Assembly: GCA_051294905.1 (NCBI GenBank)
Contig: CM119372.1
Span: 24,740,001-24,804,000 of the forward strand
Direction of reading: 5' to 3'
DNA: 64,000 bases
Origin: Botryllus schlosseri
Lineage: Eukaryota
In this document: positions 24,438 to 38,700 of the stretch, one piece after another
How the letters are laid out: the number at the start of each line of letters is the position of its first letter
How positions within the stretch are numbered: position 1 is the first letter of the stretch
Translations under genes and position numbers: made by a program
The notes under the pieces: model-generated
Told to the model about the DNA's origin: nothing
Seen by the model: the letters and a program-made list of their open reading frames with translations, nothing else
The model's database searches: none

Positions 24438-25308
24438 GTACGTACGTACACCGGACAAAGATTTGAAATTTTGTACTCGCCAAATAAAACATTACGGTTT
24501 CCACAACGAAGCAAAATCAACAGCTGCTGATATATATCATAACCGAGATGTTTTGCCGTTTCTCGTAACGGCAGCTTGCAGTACATTATCTGTATTAAGT
24601 TGAAGGCAGAATTTTATGTTCTCTTCGTCTTATTCTCATATGACTCTACTTGAAACGGGTGCCAATCGTTATTTCACAATTCTTTATTCAACATTGGGAC
24701 CTGCCGCCATAGCCATATATATCATGTTAGCGCGTGGGTTGCAGCTAGAATCAGGACCAAAACAGCAATTCGTCCCCCAGTCCAAACGTTGGCCTTTGGC
24801 CCCCATGGGGTGATATTTTCAAGTTGAAGACTGAATTTCGTCAATAATATTGGTAATTGCATTATAATATTATTAATTTTCAATCCTCTCTCTGCCCCCG
24901 ATGGTCAGATTTACCTATAGAATTGGGGGCACGTAATTCATCATTATAACGTCTGGTATCTTGTTAAAATTACTTTAGTGTATGTTGTTAATTCGTGACC
25001 TCCGGTCTGTTTTATAATCAAACGATGTTGTTGTATCCAAAGCGTATAGCAGACTAAATGAAATACTTTCTTGAGACGCACACACAAATGTTCATGTCTT
25101 TAATGCTCTGTGGGTCCCCGGGTGGCATTTGCATTGTGGGCTCAGATTGGAAGGACCGAACTATTAGTCACGCCCACCCAGTGCGGATATTGACAATGGA
25201 CACATACCCTAAGTTTCGGCCACGCTCTTTCTTAAGTGGCACACTTCGTGAAGTCGCGTGTTGGTCGAGACAGTAATGACAGGAACCTAAATGCCTATTA
25301 CTATAAAT

Positions 25309-25727
25309 TAGGGTTGCGCTTAAAACAAAAATCAATTTAAAGCAAACATGTTTAAAACAAGGCCCGTGTTTAAAACATGTTTTTTTTTTGTTTTTTTTGT
25401 TTTTTAAGCCATGACTTCACCAATGTGGATTGACGTTGACAAATTGAAAATATAGGGTAAATAGAGCTCCTTTGACGAAATATTTGTACTATAACTGTTG
25501 AACCGACTTGAGGGGTTCCAACCATCCCATATCGATTTACGTCGGCTAAATCGGGTGGTAATTGTCCGGTCCATAGACTCATACAACATGTTTTTGGAAA
25601 GCATTTACACAATTATGGCATAATTTTACAATTTATATAAACACAATTTAGTTTTTTTTTTAAAACCTACTTAAAACATGTTTTGAACAAAGTGTTTAAA
25701 CAACGACTTGTTTTAAATGCAACCCTA
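25309..25727. mobile_element. hAT MITE (TAGGGTTGC family)
   Basis: TIRs present; TSD CTATAAAT/CTATATAT. Confidence 0.85.
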
Positions 25728-27361
25728 CTATATATTATGTATGCTTCTTTTGTTGAGGGGGAGACGTATGCATTAAAAATTCAAGCTTATCTAAAGAGAA
25801 TTTTCAAGTCAATAAATCTCTCGAAAATACTTTATAATTTATGTTGGTTTACGAAATACTTTTGAGTCCCCTTCGAGCTCGCTCCTCACCCTATTGGGAA
25901 ATTTGGGGTGCGGCAGTCATGGACCTGGCAAGAATGCAAATCGTTGGGTGCGATAAATCGTCCTCTACAAAAATGGGCAATGTGTATATTATGACGTAAC
26001 AAGCAAATCACGCATCTTTGTTAAAGGAAAGTAGGCCTTTTCAGCGCAATCCATATATTGTGTTCCAATATAACTTCTAAGATGCAAAATCAATGTAATC
26101 GTAGGTAATCGTGATTACTTTTCCAATGTAATTGTAATCGTAATCGACTACTTCCTGATTTTGCTGTAATCGTAATCGCATCATTCAGAAGTAATCGTAA
26201 TCGCAATCGACTACATTCATGAAGTAATCACCGCGTGTCTGATCGCATGCCGTTTACGGTCAATATGGCTCAGGAATCAGTAGCATACGACACTCATTTC
26301 TACTCGTATTATCACGACTTATATTGGCATTCAATACGGCTACTATTTCTTTATAATTCCTATTTACGTTGCGACTTGCAAGGTTAAATCGCGAAATTGT
26401 CATATTCTTCCATCAGTCAATTTTAACAGGATGCAAGAGCACGGATCGCTCTATGAAGTGTAATGGAGGACCACGACTGTGGAATAGTATATCGCCGGCA
26501 GTCCATTTGAAATTGCCTACACTCAAATCAAAATAAAAGCACATTTTGCTAAATAAATACAAGTGTGTGCGTGTGAACTCGAGATTATACCGAACCACGA
26601 TCAGACAAGCTATATTCGCCTGCCGACACATGACACATATATGTCATTTTTATTTTGTCTCCTGTTACTTTTAATTCAGTCGACTGACTTTTAGGGTGTT
26701 TGATTGATAGACTACTCCAAGTCTTTTCGACTCCTTTTTTAACAGGTTCATTGCACTTAGCGGTTGCACGTTACCTGCGCGCGCTACGTTACTCTCTTAT
26801 AGTTATTTCTTTGAGTTATAGTAATGTTATGATTGTGATAGCTTACATAGTCAGGCTGTGAATTAGTTATAGGCTTAGTTAAGGATAGCACTTTGGATTG
26901 TGCGAATAAAAACATTGCTAATAATCTATGGATTTTGATGATACCGTATCGTTGGGCGTTTACCATGGTATTGCTTTACTGTCTATCCTTAATTGTGAAT
27001 TATCATTAATCAAGTCTGCCATATGTCAAGTGCAGTTCTAAAAAGGTAGGGTTCAGGGATCAGTTCAGTAGTAGGCCTACGCATCCTACTGTCTGGCGCC
27101 CGTGCGATAAAAGCGACTTGTTGGGCCTGATCCCACGAAATTAGAACTTGTATTGGTGGTAGGCTGACGACTCAAAACGCACTTTAAATAGCACGGGCCA
27201 CTTTCACCATATTGTTTTGTTGTAGGTGTTAAAGTTAAGCGGATCTATGGCGACAAGGAGCCTAGATAGACTTCCAACATACATGAAGGGAGTCGAACTC
27301 GCGACCCATCGAAGTGTTAAAGTTGAAACTAACGATATCGTCAATGAACCTACGATATCCT

Positions 27362-30300
27362 TGTTATGTTCTTGATCTTGTTTGAACAATAACTCAATAC
27401 GACGAGGTTGCAATACGAAATCAGTATATTTTACAGCAGTATGACTTTAAGGCAGCGACACGATCCAGAGTACAGATAAAGGAAAAGACCACGAGAGAAC
27501 AGAACACAGGGTATAAATACGAAGCACGACACACGAAGAAATAATGATTGGCGGTAATTACTAATCCTAGACAAATAAGAGTGAAACGATACCAACGTAA
27601 AAACACGAACATAACAGTCCTCCCCTGTAAGTTAAAGGGTGCAGGGCGATTCACGTTGGCCGGTAGAAATCAGTTTGTCTCCTATTTCTAACGGGGTAAC
27701 GTCTACCCGACGTACGAGCAGGACTAGCTGCAGGACGTTGTGCCCTATTACGAACCAATGGTTGCTCAGCTTGCGACTGTTGAGGCTGAGCAACTTCCTG
27801 TGTGGCTGTATCATTACTTGTGGAAATCAAGCGTGGCTGGAGTTGGTTTTTGTGCCTTCTCCAATACCCATGATCTGTTTTTATAATGTACACAACACGC
27901 CCCAGTATTTCCGTCACCACGCCAGCAACCCACTTTGGTCCGCTTCGGTAACTGCGAGCGTAAACCGAGGAACCAATCTCGAAATGAGTGACTGATTGTC
28001 TAGGCGTAACGGGTTTCGATTTGTCGAAGGGCGAGCACAAACTTAACAAATTGCGCGGCTGTCGACCATGTAAAATCTCGGCAGGCGTTTTCCAGTCTAT
28101 GCCCGGGTGCGGTGCACATCGGTACGTAGCGAGAAGTGTTTGGAGCGCGAAGTTGAGATCTTTTCCCCCGTCGCAATTTTTTATTAATCCAGCTTTTAAA
28201 GTCTGGACGAATCGCTCCGCTTCCCCGTTCGAGGCAGGGTGAAAAGACGGTGATACGATATGGCTGATTGCCTAATTAGAGCAAAACGTATCGAATTCAT
28301 TCGACGTGAATTGCGGCCCGCCATCCGTAACAATTGTTATGGGCAAGCCTTCAATAGAGAAGACTTCCCTCAAAGCGTTGACCACACACAAGGTTGTGGT
28401 AGAACCGACATTCATTACTTCAACGAAAGGATATTTTGAATGCGCATCGACGATGACAAGAAACATTTTATTGTTTATTGGACCTGCGAAGTCCAAGTGA
28501 ATCCGTTCAAAGCTTTCAGACGTTTTGGGCCATTCGCGATACCGACGATCAGGCGCTTTCATTACTTTGCGGCAAGCGTCGCAACTCTTAACGAGATTTT
28601 CAATGTCGCGATTAATGGAAGGCCATGCGATGTAACGTCGAGCCATCTGCTTCATTTTCGCGATACCCCAATGTCCTTCGTGCAACAATGATAAGACTCG
28701 CGAGCGAAGTGACTGCGGAATTACTACGCGCTGAAAACCATCAATATTGAGCATGACTATGTCTTCGTGCAGAGAAAGCGAATGTTTGCGAGTCGAAAAC
28801 CAAGAAAAATCATCAATGTGCGTCTTTGGATTCCAATTACCATGAGTGACAGATAATTTTACTAGTTTCATGGTTTTGTCCTTCAGCGTCGCGTCGCGAA
28901 TTTCATTGCGAGTTAACGGTAAGCCATCGAATGCCATATTAATAGCGTGAACGATCTCAGCGTTTTCACGAATTTCCCGTTCGTCAAACTCAGGGTCTGG
29001 ACCCTTTGGTAGGCGAGATGAACCGTCGGCGTTTCCGTGCTGATTAGTCGGTTTATAGCGAATATCGTATTGGTAAGCCATGAGCGTTAGTGCCCATCGC
29101 TGCAAGCGTTGCGCTGTAATCACGGGAATTTTCTTGTCTGGCGAGAAAATAGCTAAAAGCGGTTTGTGGTCCGTTACGAGCGTAAATTTTCTACCATACA
29201 AGAATTGACGAAATTTAGTGACTCCGTAAATGATTGACAGAGCTTCCTTCTCTATTTGAGAGTAGGATTTTTGCGAATCGGAAAGTGTTTTCGATGCGTG
29301 CGCGATCGGTCTCTCTTCGCCATTGTGCTCGATTGAGAGGACAGCGCCGATTCCGAATTGAGAAGCATCAGTTGACAAAATGAGCTGCTTGTTTACATCA
29401 TAATGAGCTAACTGCGTAGCGTCGATTACGTCGTTTGAGAATGCGAAAAGCTGCATCACAGTCCGCATTCCAAATGAATTCCGCGTCTTTTTGAAGAAGA
29501 CGGTACAAGGCAGCGGCTTTATTCGTGAAATTAGGAATAAACGCGCGATAATAATTGACTTTGCCCAGGAATGCCTGTAGCTGGCGAACATCCTGAGGTT
29601 TAGGCAACTGTTTGATTGCTTCAACGGATTTGTGAGACGGGCGTTTGCCGTCCTTGTCTATTATATGACCAAGGTACTCGATACTACTTTTGAAAAATTC
29701 ACATTTCGCGAAGTTGACGGTGAAACCGTACTCGGTGAGGCGCTCAAAGAGTAGCGATAAGTTGCGAAAATGATCGCGTTCATCAATGCCAGTAACGATT
29801 ATGTCATCGATAAAACTAGCAACACCGGGTAAGCCGGCGATCATGGCATCAATACAACGTTGAAAATTTGCGGGACTAGATGCGACTCCGAAACACATGC
29901 GTCGATAACGGAAAAGACCGAATTGCGTGTTTATGACACACAAATTCTTCGCATCATCATCTAATTCTAGCTGAAAATAAGCATCGGCAAGATCAATTTT
30001 CGTAAAAATGCAACCACCCTGTAACTTGTGAAGAATTTCATCTAAAGAGGGCAGGGGATGTTGATCTATCTGAATCTGTTGATTCAATGCTTTGAAGTCA
30101 CCACAAATGCGTACTGATCCATTTGATTTAGTGACGGCAACAATTGGCGCTGCCCAATCACTGTAATTGATTGTTTCGAGGATACCTTGATTGACTAATC
30201 TATCCAATTCGGTTTGAACAGCGATTTGCCTTGCGAAAGGCAAAGGGCGTGGCTTGTTGAATACGGGCTTGGCATTAGGTTTCAAGTGAATTGTCACCTT

Positions 30301-32121
30301 TGTCTTGGTGCATCGTCCTAATACATTAGAGAAAACGGAGGGAAATTTGGACTTAAAAGATACCAATTTGTCGTTCGAATCAGAAATGTCAATAGTATTA
30401 CAAGATTGCGATTTGACCATCTGCGAGGAAATTGCATCCAAAGCAGACGTTCCCTTAGCGGTCATGGAGAAAGCATCGCTCCAATCGAGACCAAAAATGT
30501 TTTGCCCACGGTGTTCGTCGAGAACCACCAATTTTAAGCCAACTTGAACTTCAGAACCCACCTGCACAGTTGCAGTGCAAATACCTTTCACTTTCAGTGG
30601 CTTGTCGCCGTACGCTACGAAAGAGCAATGGTATGCTGAGAGTTTCGGAGAGCCCAAAGTTTTGTACCCAGTCAATCCCACCATGGCGGAGGGTGCACCA
30701 GTGTCCCACTGTGTCGGCAACGGAATGCCGTTGATGCTGGAGTTGATCCAGAGCTGGTTTCCCACGCGTCGATATAGTTGATCGATGTCGAAGGAGAGGA
30801 GTGGCACTGAGCAGAAATTGACGGATGTGACCTGTTGTGTGACACTAGGTTTGGTAGACATGCACACAGGTTTGATATGACCTTTACGACCACATTTCTG
30901 ACATACTGCATGTCGATATTGACAGTCTTTTCTCTGGTGATCGATGAAACAGCGGCTGCAGGATTTCAGTCTTTCCGTGAAGTTGCCTTGGTTGGATTTG
31001 GAAGGTTTTTTCCCCTTCTGATAACTTCCCGTCATCTTGTTGACGACGGAAGTGCCTTTACCGCTACTCTCGCCTTGGATAACCCTATCAGTTTCCAGCG
31101 TTCTCACGTATGTTGCGGCTACTTTGAGAACGTCGTCAAGGGATGGATTGGTTTGTGTTAGACAATGCCGTCTCACATCCGCGTGCGGCGTTTCTTTAAT
31201 GATGAGATCGCGCATTAGCTCATCAACGCAGCTTTGATCACAGCCATCTCTTGAGCACGTGAAGTTGCAATCCTTGGAGATTCCGCGTAGAGTTGCGATC
31301 CAATCAGCGTATGACTGTCCCGGCTGCATTTTGCAATTGTAAAATTCGTACCTGGCTGCTTGCACATGAATTGAATCCTTGAAGTGTGTGGACAACTTCT
31401 CAGTCAACGCATCGAAGGTTTGCGCACTGACATCAGCAGCACCAAACAAATTACGTAGGAGCGAGTACGTTTCAGGTCCAACCCATGAGAGTAGACACGC
31501 TCTTTTCTTCTCCATGTTGGAAATGCCGTATATTGCTAGGTGATGGTTAAATCGCTGAAGATATTGGTCCCATTTCTCCTTTGATTTTGCGAACGAATCA
31601 AACTTGGGAGCGGTAGCTTCAGATGTTGACATACCGGGACTCAACCTCTGCGCTAATTGCGCCATTTCTTCTTTATGCTGTGCGCGTTGTTGGTCCAGAT
31701 CTTCTGTGCCGAGCATTTTGCTGCTCCAGCTGATCTTTTTGATTTGCGATTGTTTCATGTAGACTCGCCATCATTGCCTGCTGCTTCTCGAGCAGCTTCA
31801 ATATACCTGAATCCATGCTTAATATTCGTCGCAGAAATAACTTTGAATCCGACCTCTGACACCAATTGTTATGTTCTTGATCTTGTTTGAACAATAACTC
31901 AATACGACGAGGTTGCAATACGAAATCAGTATATTTTACAGCAGTATGACTTTAAGGCAGCGACACGATCCAGAGTACAGATGAACGAAAAGACCACGAG
32001 AGAACAGAACACAGGGTATAAATACGAAGCACGACACACGAAGAAATAATGATTGGCGGTAATTACTAATCCTAGACAAATAAGAGTGAAACGATACCAA
32101 CGTAAATACACGAACATAACA
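27362..32121 (-). mobile_element. Full-length Ty3/Gypsy (Mag-like) LTR retrotransposon, copy A
   Basis: 255-bp TG...CA LTRs at 31867-32121 (5') and 27362-27616 (3'), 3 mismatches seen; TSD ATCCT; PBS TGGTGTCAGAGGT; PPT AGGGGAGGA; gag-PR-RT-RH-IN order. Confidence 0.97.
27651..31816 (-). pseudogene. Disrupted gag-pol of copy A
   Basis: Versus copy B: 2-bp deletion in early gag (~31703), 2-bp deletion at ~29435, TTG>TAG stop at 28272-28274; DTGA, FIDD, TDAS, HHCC and DDE motifs retained. Confidence 0.92.
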
Positions 32122-32514
32122 ATCCTATTGATACAGTTGCAGATATTGCGAAACTGCATTCAGCCGGTCTGTAAATGTGTTCAAAATAAAAAATTATAAA
32201 ATAAACCACTCCTTCGCCTACTCACTGCTCTGAACCGATCCGACAACAGAATCAACTGTGAATAGCGATTCTGACAACTTTATCGGCAGGAAGGTATTCT
32301 TTGGAAATTTCGCCTGAATTTGGTAGCTCTTGGGATAGCGCTGCATTTCTACCTTCTTCGACAGACTATTCGTTTTCAAAAACGATATATTCACAAATTT
32401 CGACAAACGCGTTTCCATATAATATTGTGACGTTATAATGATTCTCGTAAAGCAATCGCAACTTGTGTCAAGAGTTCTGTATTTGTACCAATAGTAACTT
32501 AAATGAGTATTTAT

Positions 32515-32731
32515 TCACTCCGCTATAAAGAATCCTGAGAATGTTGTTGATGGCGACTGAAAGCCTTTGAGCGAGCCGGAATACGTTTGCAGCCACACTT
32601 CGTCCCCGGGATTTAGTGAGAGGACCACGGAGTTCGAAGATTGACTCTTGTCGTAGTAGCCCTTGCCGCTGTATTCCATACGTATCGAGATTGTTGATAC
32701 CCCATTGTGTATGAGTGCGGCGTGAACGAAC
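32515..32731 (-). CDS. Terminal exon, gC1q domain C-half
   Basis: FVHAALIHNG...SQSSNSVVLSLNPGDEVWLQ...TTFSGFFIAE* (C1q signature GDEVW and STFSGF); acceptor tttcag; AATAAA overlaps the TGA (32510-32515). Confidence 0.93.
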
Positions 32732-35700
32732 CTGAAATATATATACGCTCTAAGACAGTGCTTCCCGACCTTTTTCAGTTCACGACCTACTTTTATTGCA
32801 AGTTTTATTGCGCAATCCACTATGAGATATTATTACCCAATAATAAAAATATAAACGCGTTTGTCGCAACTTGAGATACCGATATCCCATACCTGTTTTG
32901 TTTCGACATCGTTACGAAGAACGCATAATGTCCCGGGAACTCTGCGGTAAACTTTCCGCTCGAAACGTCGTATCTTCGGCCGCGGTTTGAAAAGATCCTA
33001 TCAAATGTAACTGGACCACAGCATTTGAATGTTGTCACGAGTCCCACGCTAAACGCCGCCTGAAGCAGTATAATAGGATGCATTATATATTTGAAAAGTG
33101 TTCAGGCATATTCGAAGCAAGCGCCGAGCTGGTTCTGTTAGTCATTGAATATAAATATGAATATATCACAAATTAACACGGTACGGTTGGTTTTCATAAG
33201 CTATACTTGTATGTTGCTTTTGGCGATTTCTACTCTGCCATGAAGATGGATACCAGCTCATATATAGTTCTCGCATCGAAAAAAACTTCATCACTTTTCG
33301 AGTGTTATCAGTTGGCCTATCTCTGATCTCAAGTGGGCGAGGTAAAGGCCTATATGTGGATTATATACACAGAGGTGGTCACCAACAACGTACTTCCTCT
33401 TAATCCGAGTACTGAGATAGTTTTTGTATACTTGCAGTCCATACTCAAATGGTTGTGTTGTAAGAATATTTTAGATTCTGCTTAGCAGTTTTTTTGGCAA
33501 AATCACTAACTTTTTACACTTCAGATTATTTAAAGTAGAAAGTAGCGTTGTGATATGCTCGCATCGCTTTTATGAGTGAAATTGTCACAACAACTAGCGG
33601 ATAGAGTTAAATATAGTTTTGTAAATTGTACCTATCTATTTGTAGTGTCATTGGTCATTTTGAGTTAGTCGCGATCATGTACACTGCAATTTCGAAAGTA
33701 ATGACTCGATTAACCCTATTTTCAGATCTACGATTTCTACTTTAAGTAATTTTCACATTTGTTTAAAATCCCAACTATGACTGATTTGACCAATGACCAC
33801 CTCTTCGTATACTGTCACCGCTGATTACCGAGATTCTGACAGTTATAGATTTCTTGTCTGATAAGCCTATAATTACCTTACTTTGAAAGCACTGGGATGT
33901 CTGAATATTATTATAACGACGAGTAACAGCAATACTACAAACAGAACATGGACGATATGAAAATTGATGAAAATTGGGTAAGGTATTTATCAGAGATGGA
34001 TTTTTCTGTGGGAAAATTAGTAATAAAGTTGACATACAGCCAGTTCTTGAAAACCCGTGCAGAATAAACAAATAGGAATGTCAGTCCCACCTGTCCGCTA
34101 GCCGAAAAACGTGTTGTGGGATTTGTTTCGTTTCCGATTCCGCGAGCGGAATTTCGCATGTCTTCCACGAGATCAGTCACGTCGACCACTTCCTTATTTC
34201 TATTCTGTGCGCTGCTTGCGTATCTGACAATATGCATGCAATTAGGGTTGCATTTAAAACAAACGTTGCTTTAAAACACTTTGTTTATAACATGTTTTAA
34301 ACAGTGTTTTAAAAAAGGGCCTTTCTAAAAAAAATTGTGTTATTAGGTTGTAAAATTATGCCATTTTGTGTATATACTTTACAAAAAACATGTTGTATGA
34401 GCCTACGGACAATTACCACCCGATGTAGCCGACGTATATCGATATGGGATGGTTAGAACTCTCAAAATAGTCGGTTAAACAACAATAGTAGGCTACATAT
34501 ATATTTCGTCAAAGGAGCTATTTTTACCCTATATTTTCAATTATCCATGCCAATCCACTATGACGTCACAATGGAATATTCGTGACGCCATGGCTTTAAA
34601 AAAGCAAAAAAAAAAACAATAAAAACATGTTTTAAATTAGGGCCTTGTTTTAAATATGTTTGTTTTGAATTGATTTTTGTATTAAATGCAACCCTACATG
34701 CAATGGGAGACTGTCTTTAGTAAAGAGACAATGAGTTTTGGCCGTCAACTACACTCATATATCCAAACAAATATAAAATCATCCAAAATCAGTTTTAAAA
34801 GCATGTAAATACTATAAATTGGGATTATCAATTTAATGAATCTTGACTCCAATACAGTTAAATGGAATGTAGATCTACCGTTGAAAATCACAATGAGCAT
34901 GTCACTCATCACTGAAATTACTGTCCCAGAGTGTATAGCTCATTACATGTGACCAATGGAAGAATTTAATGATGTGCGGTTGTGTGAACGGAATGAGTGA
35001 AGCAGCGCGAGCCTGAACCTAAATCGATTATATCTGCCAATCGATCGCCCAGAGCTATCTCGTCGGTGTCGATAGTTGGCCAACTCTGTTTCATATAACC
35101 AAGCCACAGCATTCAATTCTACAATTGGTGAACCTTTAGCAAATACTATAAAGCGTGCCTTTATCCAATTAAAGCCATGGCATACAAATAGTCTATCATG
35201 TCGTATTCGGGGTGTAGAGCTCATTAGATATTAAGTCGACAACAACAAACGCCAGTTTTCCGCTTGAAAAAGTGGTGAATAAGGTCGACGCAAAACTAAA
35301 AAATTAAGGAATCAAAATTATAACTGTGGTATTGTTGGTGGTTCTATTATTTTTATGCGCTCAGGACACACAATATACGATGCGATGTAACGAACAGAAT
35401 GTCTAAATGACCATGTAGGTCTCCAATCCGCCCCCTCAGCCTAAGGCCCGATGTACCGTGTACGATATATATCTTATTTTTAGGCTTCCGTGTTCTTTTT
35501 ATTATCTTATTTGAAATCGTCCTTGGTCGAGAACCGGGCTTTTTTTGTAAGTGGGTGCAGCGAGGCAGGAGAGAGGCATCCACCGTCAATGGCGCTGGAA
35601 CGCCAACTCGACCACATATAGTAGCATTTGGGAAAGCGAAAGCTCGCCGCTCAGGGTATACTCAGAGTGCTAGGGTGCCGCGAATTATTTTCCCTTTAAG

Positions 35701-38700
35701 AGGGTGCCGCTGTGTTAAAAGGGTTGACAGCCACTGATGTAGCACAAGGCTGCGCAGTCGCACGTTGGCGGTTACGACATTTCTGTGAAATGGTGATTGA
35801 CGCGCAGCATTGTCATGAAACGCTATGATGAAGACATGGTCGCAAAATACCAAACTATCTTTAATGAATTGTAACTGGTATTAGTTTGTTTGTGGTTTCA
35901 TAAAGGTTACACATTTTGAATTTCCCAAGTCAGTCATACTGGTATGGCGCCATAATAAGTGGTACTCGAAAACTCGACTCTATTCGAAGCCTATAGTGCT
36001 TGATATACGGATCAGAATCACACATGTACTCAATTTTTCTCGGCCCTAGAGCTATTAGTCCAAAACTTATCCTCCACCTTCTCCGCCTAGATCCGGAATC
36101 TTGGAATTCGTTAAAATCGTCTTCATAATATTCGCCAGACCCCGCGTAAGTATCACTTTCTGGCAACTTGCCGGGAAAGAGCCGACTGTCGTCTTCAGGA
36201 AAACCATACTCTGTTTTTAAAAAAATTGTAGTTATTTAGTCATATATAGCCAGTGCTCTTCAACCAAATTGGTACACCCGTCAAAAACAAACACGGGGTA
36301 TCGTCACCACAGGTGTAACATAATTAGTCTCAGTGCGACCTACCGTGAAATAAACTGATATCCTGTTCAATGTTTTATTGTTATTTTCAAACAGGTTTCG
36401 GGGAAATTTGTCAGAAATGTAAAAGACTCAACAACTGGAATACGGATTCAAACTTTTCGTAAGATACCTCATATGTATACTATGCTACTATAATACTATA
36501 CTATGTGCTCTTTTTGACATGACGATAAGTGCGGGGGTCAGGGGGCGCAAGTTTTTTGACCATCGCCAAGGGCGGCGCATGTCAACAAAGGTTGAGAACC
36601 GCTGGCTTAGATGGAGCGCACTGGGATGTACCAGACGCCGCATTACAATAGGCAGATGACAAGCCATCAATATTAATATAATATAATATCAATAAGCAAT
36701 TTCATGCTTCAGAACAGACAGCTGGATGTATAATGCACATTGCACATAGCGCATGTTTGTCTCAGGAGTACTGTGCGCACTACGCAACTTGTAAATTACA
36801 TTCTATTTGTGATGTCATAAGCAACTGTGTTCTTAATATAATTTAATCGTTTGGAGTAGAAGAGGGTCGAGTTAATGTGTGTTCAGCTTGCGACTTCTGC
36901 AATTAAATAAATGTTAATTTAATTTAAACCTGCAGTTTTTACTTGTATAGTTGATTGCCGCAGCATAAATAATTATCGACGTACATAAGTACATAAGTTT
37001 ATCTAGAAAGCCAGTGTTCACCCGGAAAATACAAATAAAAGGCATGTACTGTACAACGAATTAAAAGACGAGGGAGGTTGGTTGGTTGGCGAGGTCGGTA
37101 TGTGGGGAAGGGGGCACGATGGGTCAAAAACACATCTTAGTTATAAATTTATATAGAATCCACAAATACCAATGAACTATAGCAAAGCGATGAATTAACA
37201 TTAAACGCACATTTTCAAAGAAATATAATTTGAAAAAATATCAGCAGAGCTATTTGAAAAAGTGCCCTTTTTGTCCCATTGTGCACCATAAACGGGGCAC
37301 AGCGTGGCTGGCGGCAGGGGAAATTGTACAGCATTAACAATAACACTGCATAATTTAGCAAGAGACTGAGAACTGCTGAAGAAAACGATGCATCAGATGA
37401 TGCCTTTTCTAGTTAAAACAAAATTCTCTGCGATACAAACCGTTGCTTTCCCCGTCATCTTCGGCGGTGGGCTGCTCTGACCAGATTGGATCAATCGTAG
37501 GAATAGTGGATTCTTCATTGTGGAAAAAACGTGTATTATCAGCAAAAGTTCACGCAGTACATTTGAATACACATGAGTCAATATACCGTATTCAGAATCT
37601 GGCGGAAATTGTACGCCAGCACCCGATGTGAACTGAATGTACAGTAAGGTATTGTTCAGTTCTTCCAATCGTTCTTGATTTTCACCTACTGCGATGTTGG
37701 TCTCTTCGATGATCTTGAAAATGGTTAATGATATTACTACTATTATTACTATTAGTAGGCTAATCAAACGCATTGGCACCTATATAGCCATTTAGGCAGT
37801 GCACACCGCGATATGCTAGTGATTATTTTGAAAACGAGTATACAGAATGATGATCGCTTCGTGACTTTCTTCAGGAACTCATCCATGGTCTATCATCTAT
37901 GCAAAGTGATGAGGCTATATATCATTGATAATTATATAAACCTTGTTCACGAAGTCCAAATTTGTCGTGGTTCGAATAAAATGGTTGGAAGTGTTCCGTT
38001 TCATCAAATCCAAGTCTTGACGAAGTCTCCTCAAAACATTGTTGGATGTATCGAACGCAGCCTGTTAACGCAGCGAATAGGTCGTTTTATACCTCTGAAG
38101 AAATGGTTCTTAACCTTCACTAAGCTGCATAACACGTACGCCAATCAGCAAGCCTTCGCTGAATCCCGAATTTTCCATTCATTTAATCATAAAAAACCAA
38201 AATCTACCACAAAATGCATCTAATTTCAGATCTAATACATTACTATAGATTTCTAGTGCACTAAATGAGCTGAGCACCAACAGAACCAGTATATATGATT
38301 TTCACACACAATGAAAACATTATAATGAATAGTCATTGCAATCACTGCGACTTCTGTTGTTCCCTTTCAGATACCATAGTACAGAAGCACACGACGTATC
38401 ACCAGTCACCACCACCACCACAACAACAACAACAACAACAACAACAACCAGAATTCGCATACTAGTCGGACATATGTACCAGCAACCTATGATGTCCAAG
38501 ACGGGCGTATGATCATAAACTGTATGTATGACTAAAGTGTGTGTCTTGACGTCCATGGAACACCGGTTAAGAACCACTGCCCTATATTGATTGCATTGAA
38601 CAGTATAAAAGGCGTTGAATGTATGTTGCAATTCGGTATGTTCCCAGCCTGGAGGTCGGACGCCTAAGTGATACATATACTATATGGCAGCGGTTCTCAA

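Larger units (their letters stand above)
18450..26241 (+). mobile_element. (GTAATC)n hAT element copy 2, outer shell of nest 2
   Basis: Degenerate TIRs CATACATGGAGT / ACCGCGTGTCTG; TSD ATCGCATG at 18442-18449 and 26242-26249. Confidence 0.85.

Noticed and set aside
27270..27320. Second tRNA gene (minus-strand GAGTTCGACTCC B-box; similar motif at ~44785-44800)
   Set aside because: No acceptor stem or cloverleaf; at most decayed tRNA-derived SINE heads
27639..31237. Antisense ORFs conserved between both retrotransposon copies
   Set aside because: Shadow frames of near-identical pol sequence with no independent coding signal
38320..38676. Poly-valine transmembrane ORF
   Set aside because: Translation of a (CAC)n/(CAA)n microsatellite at ~38408-38449
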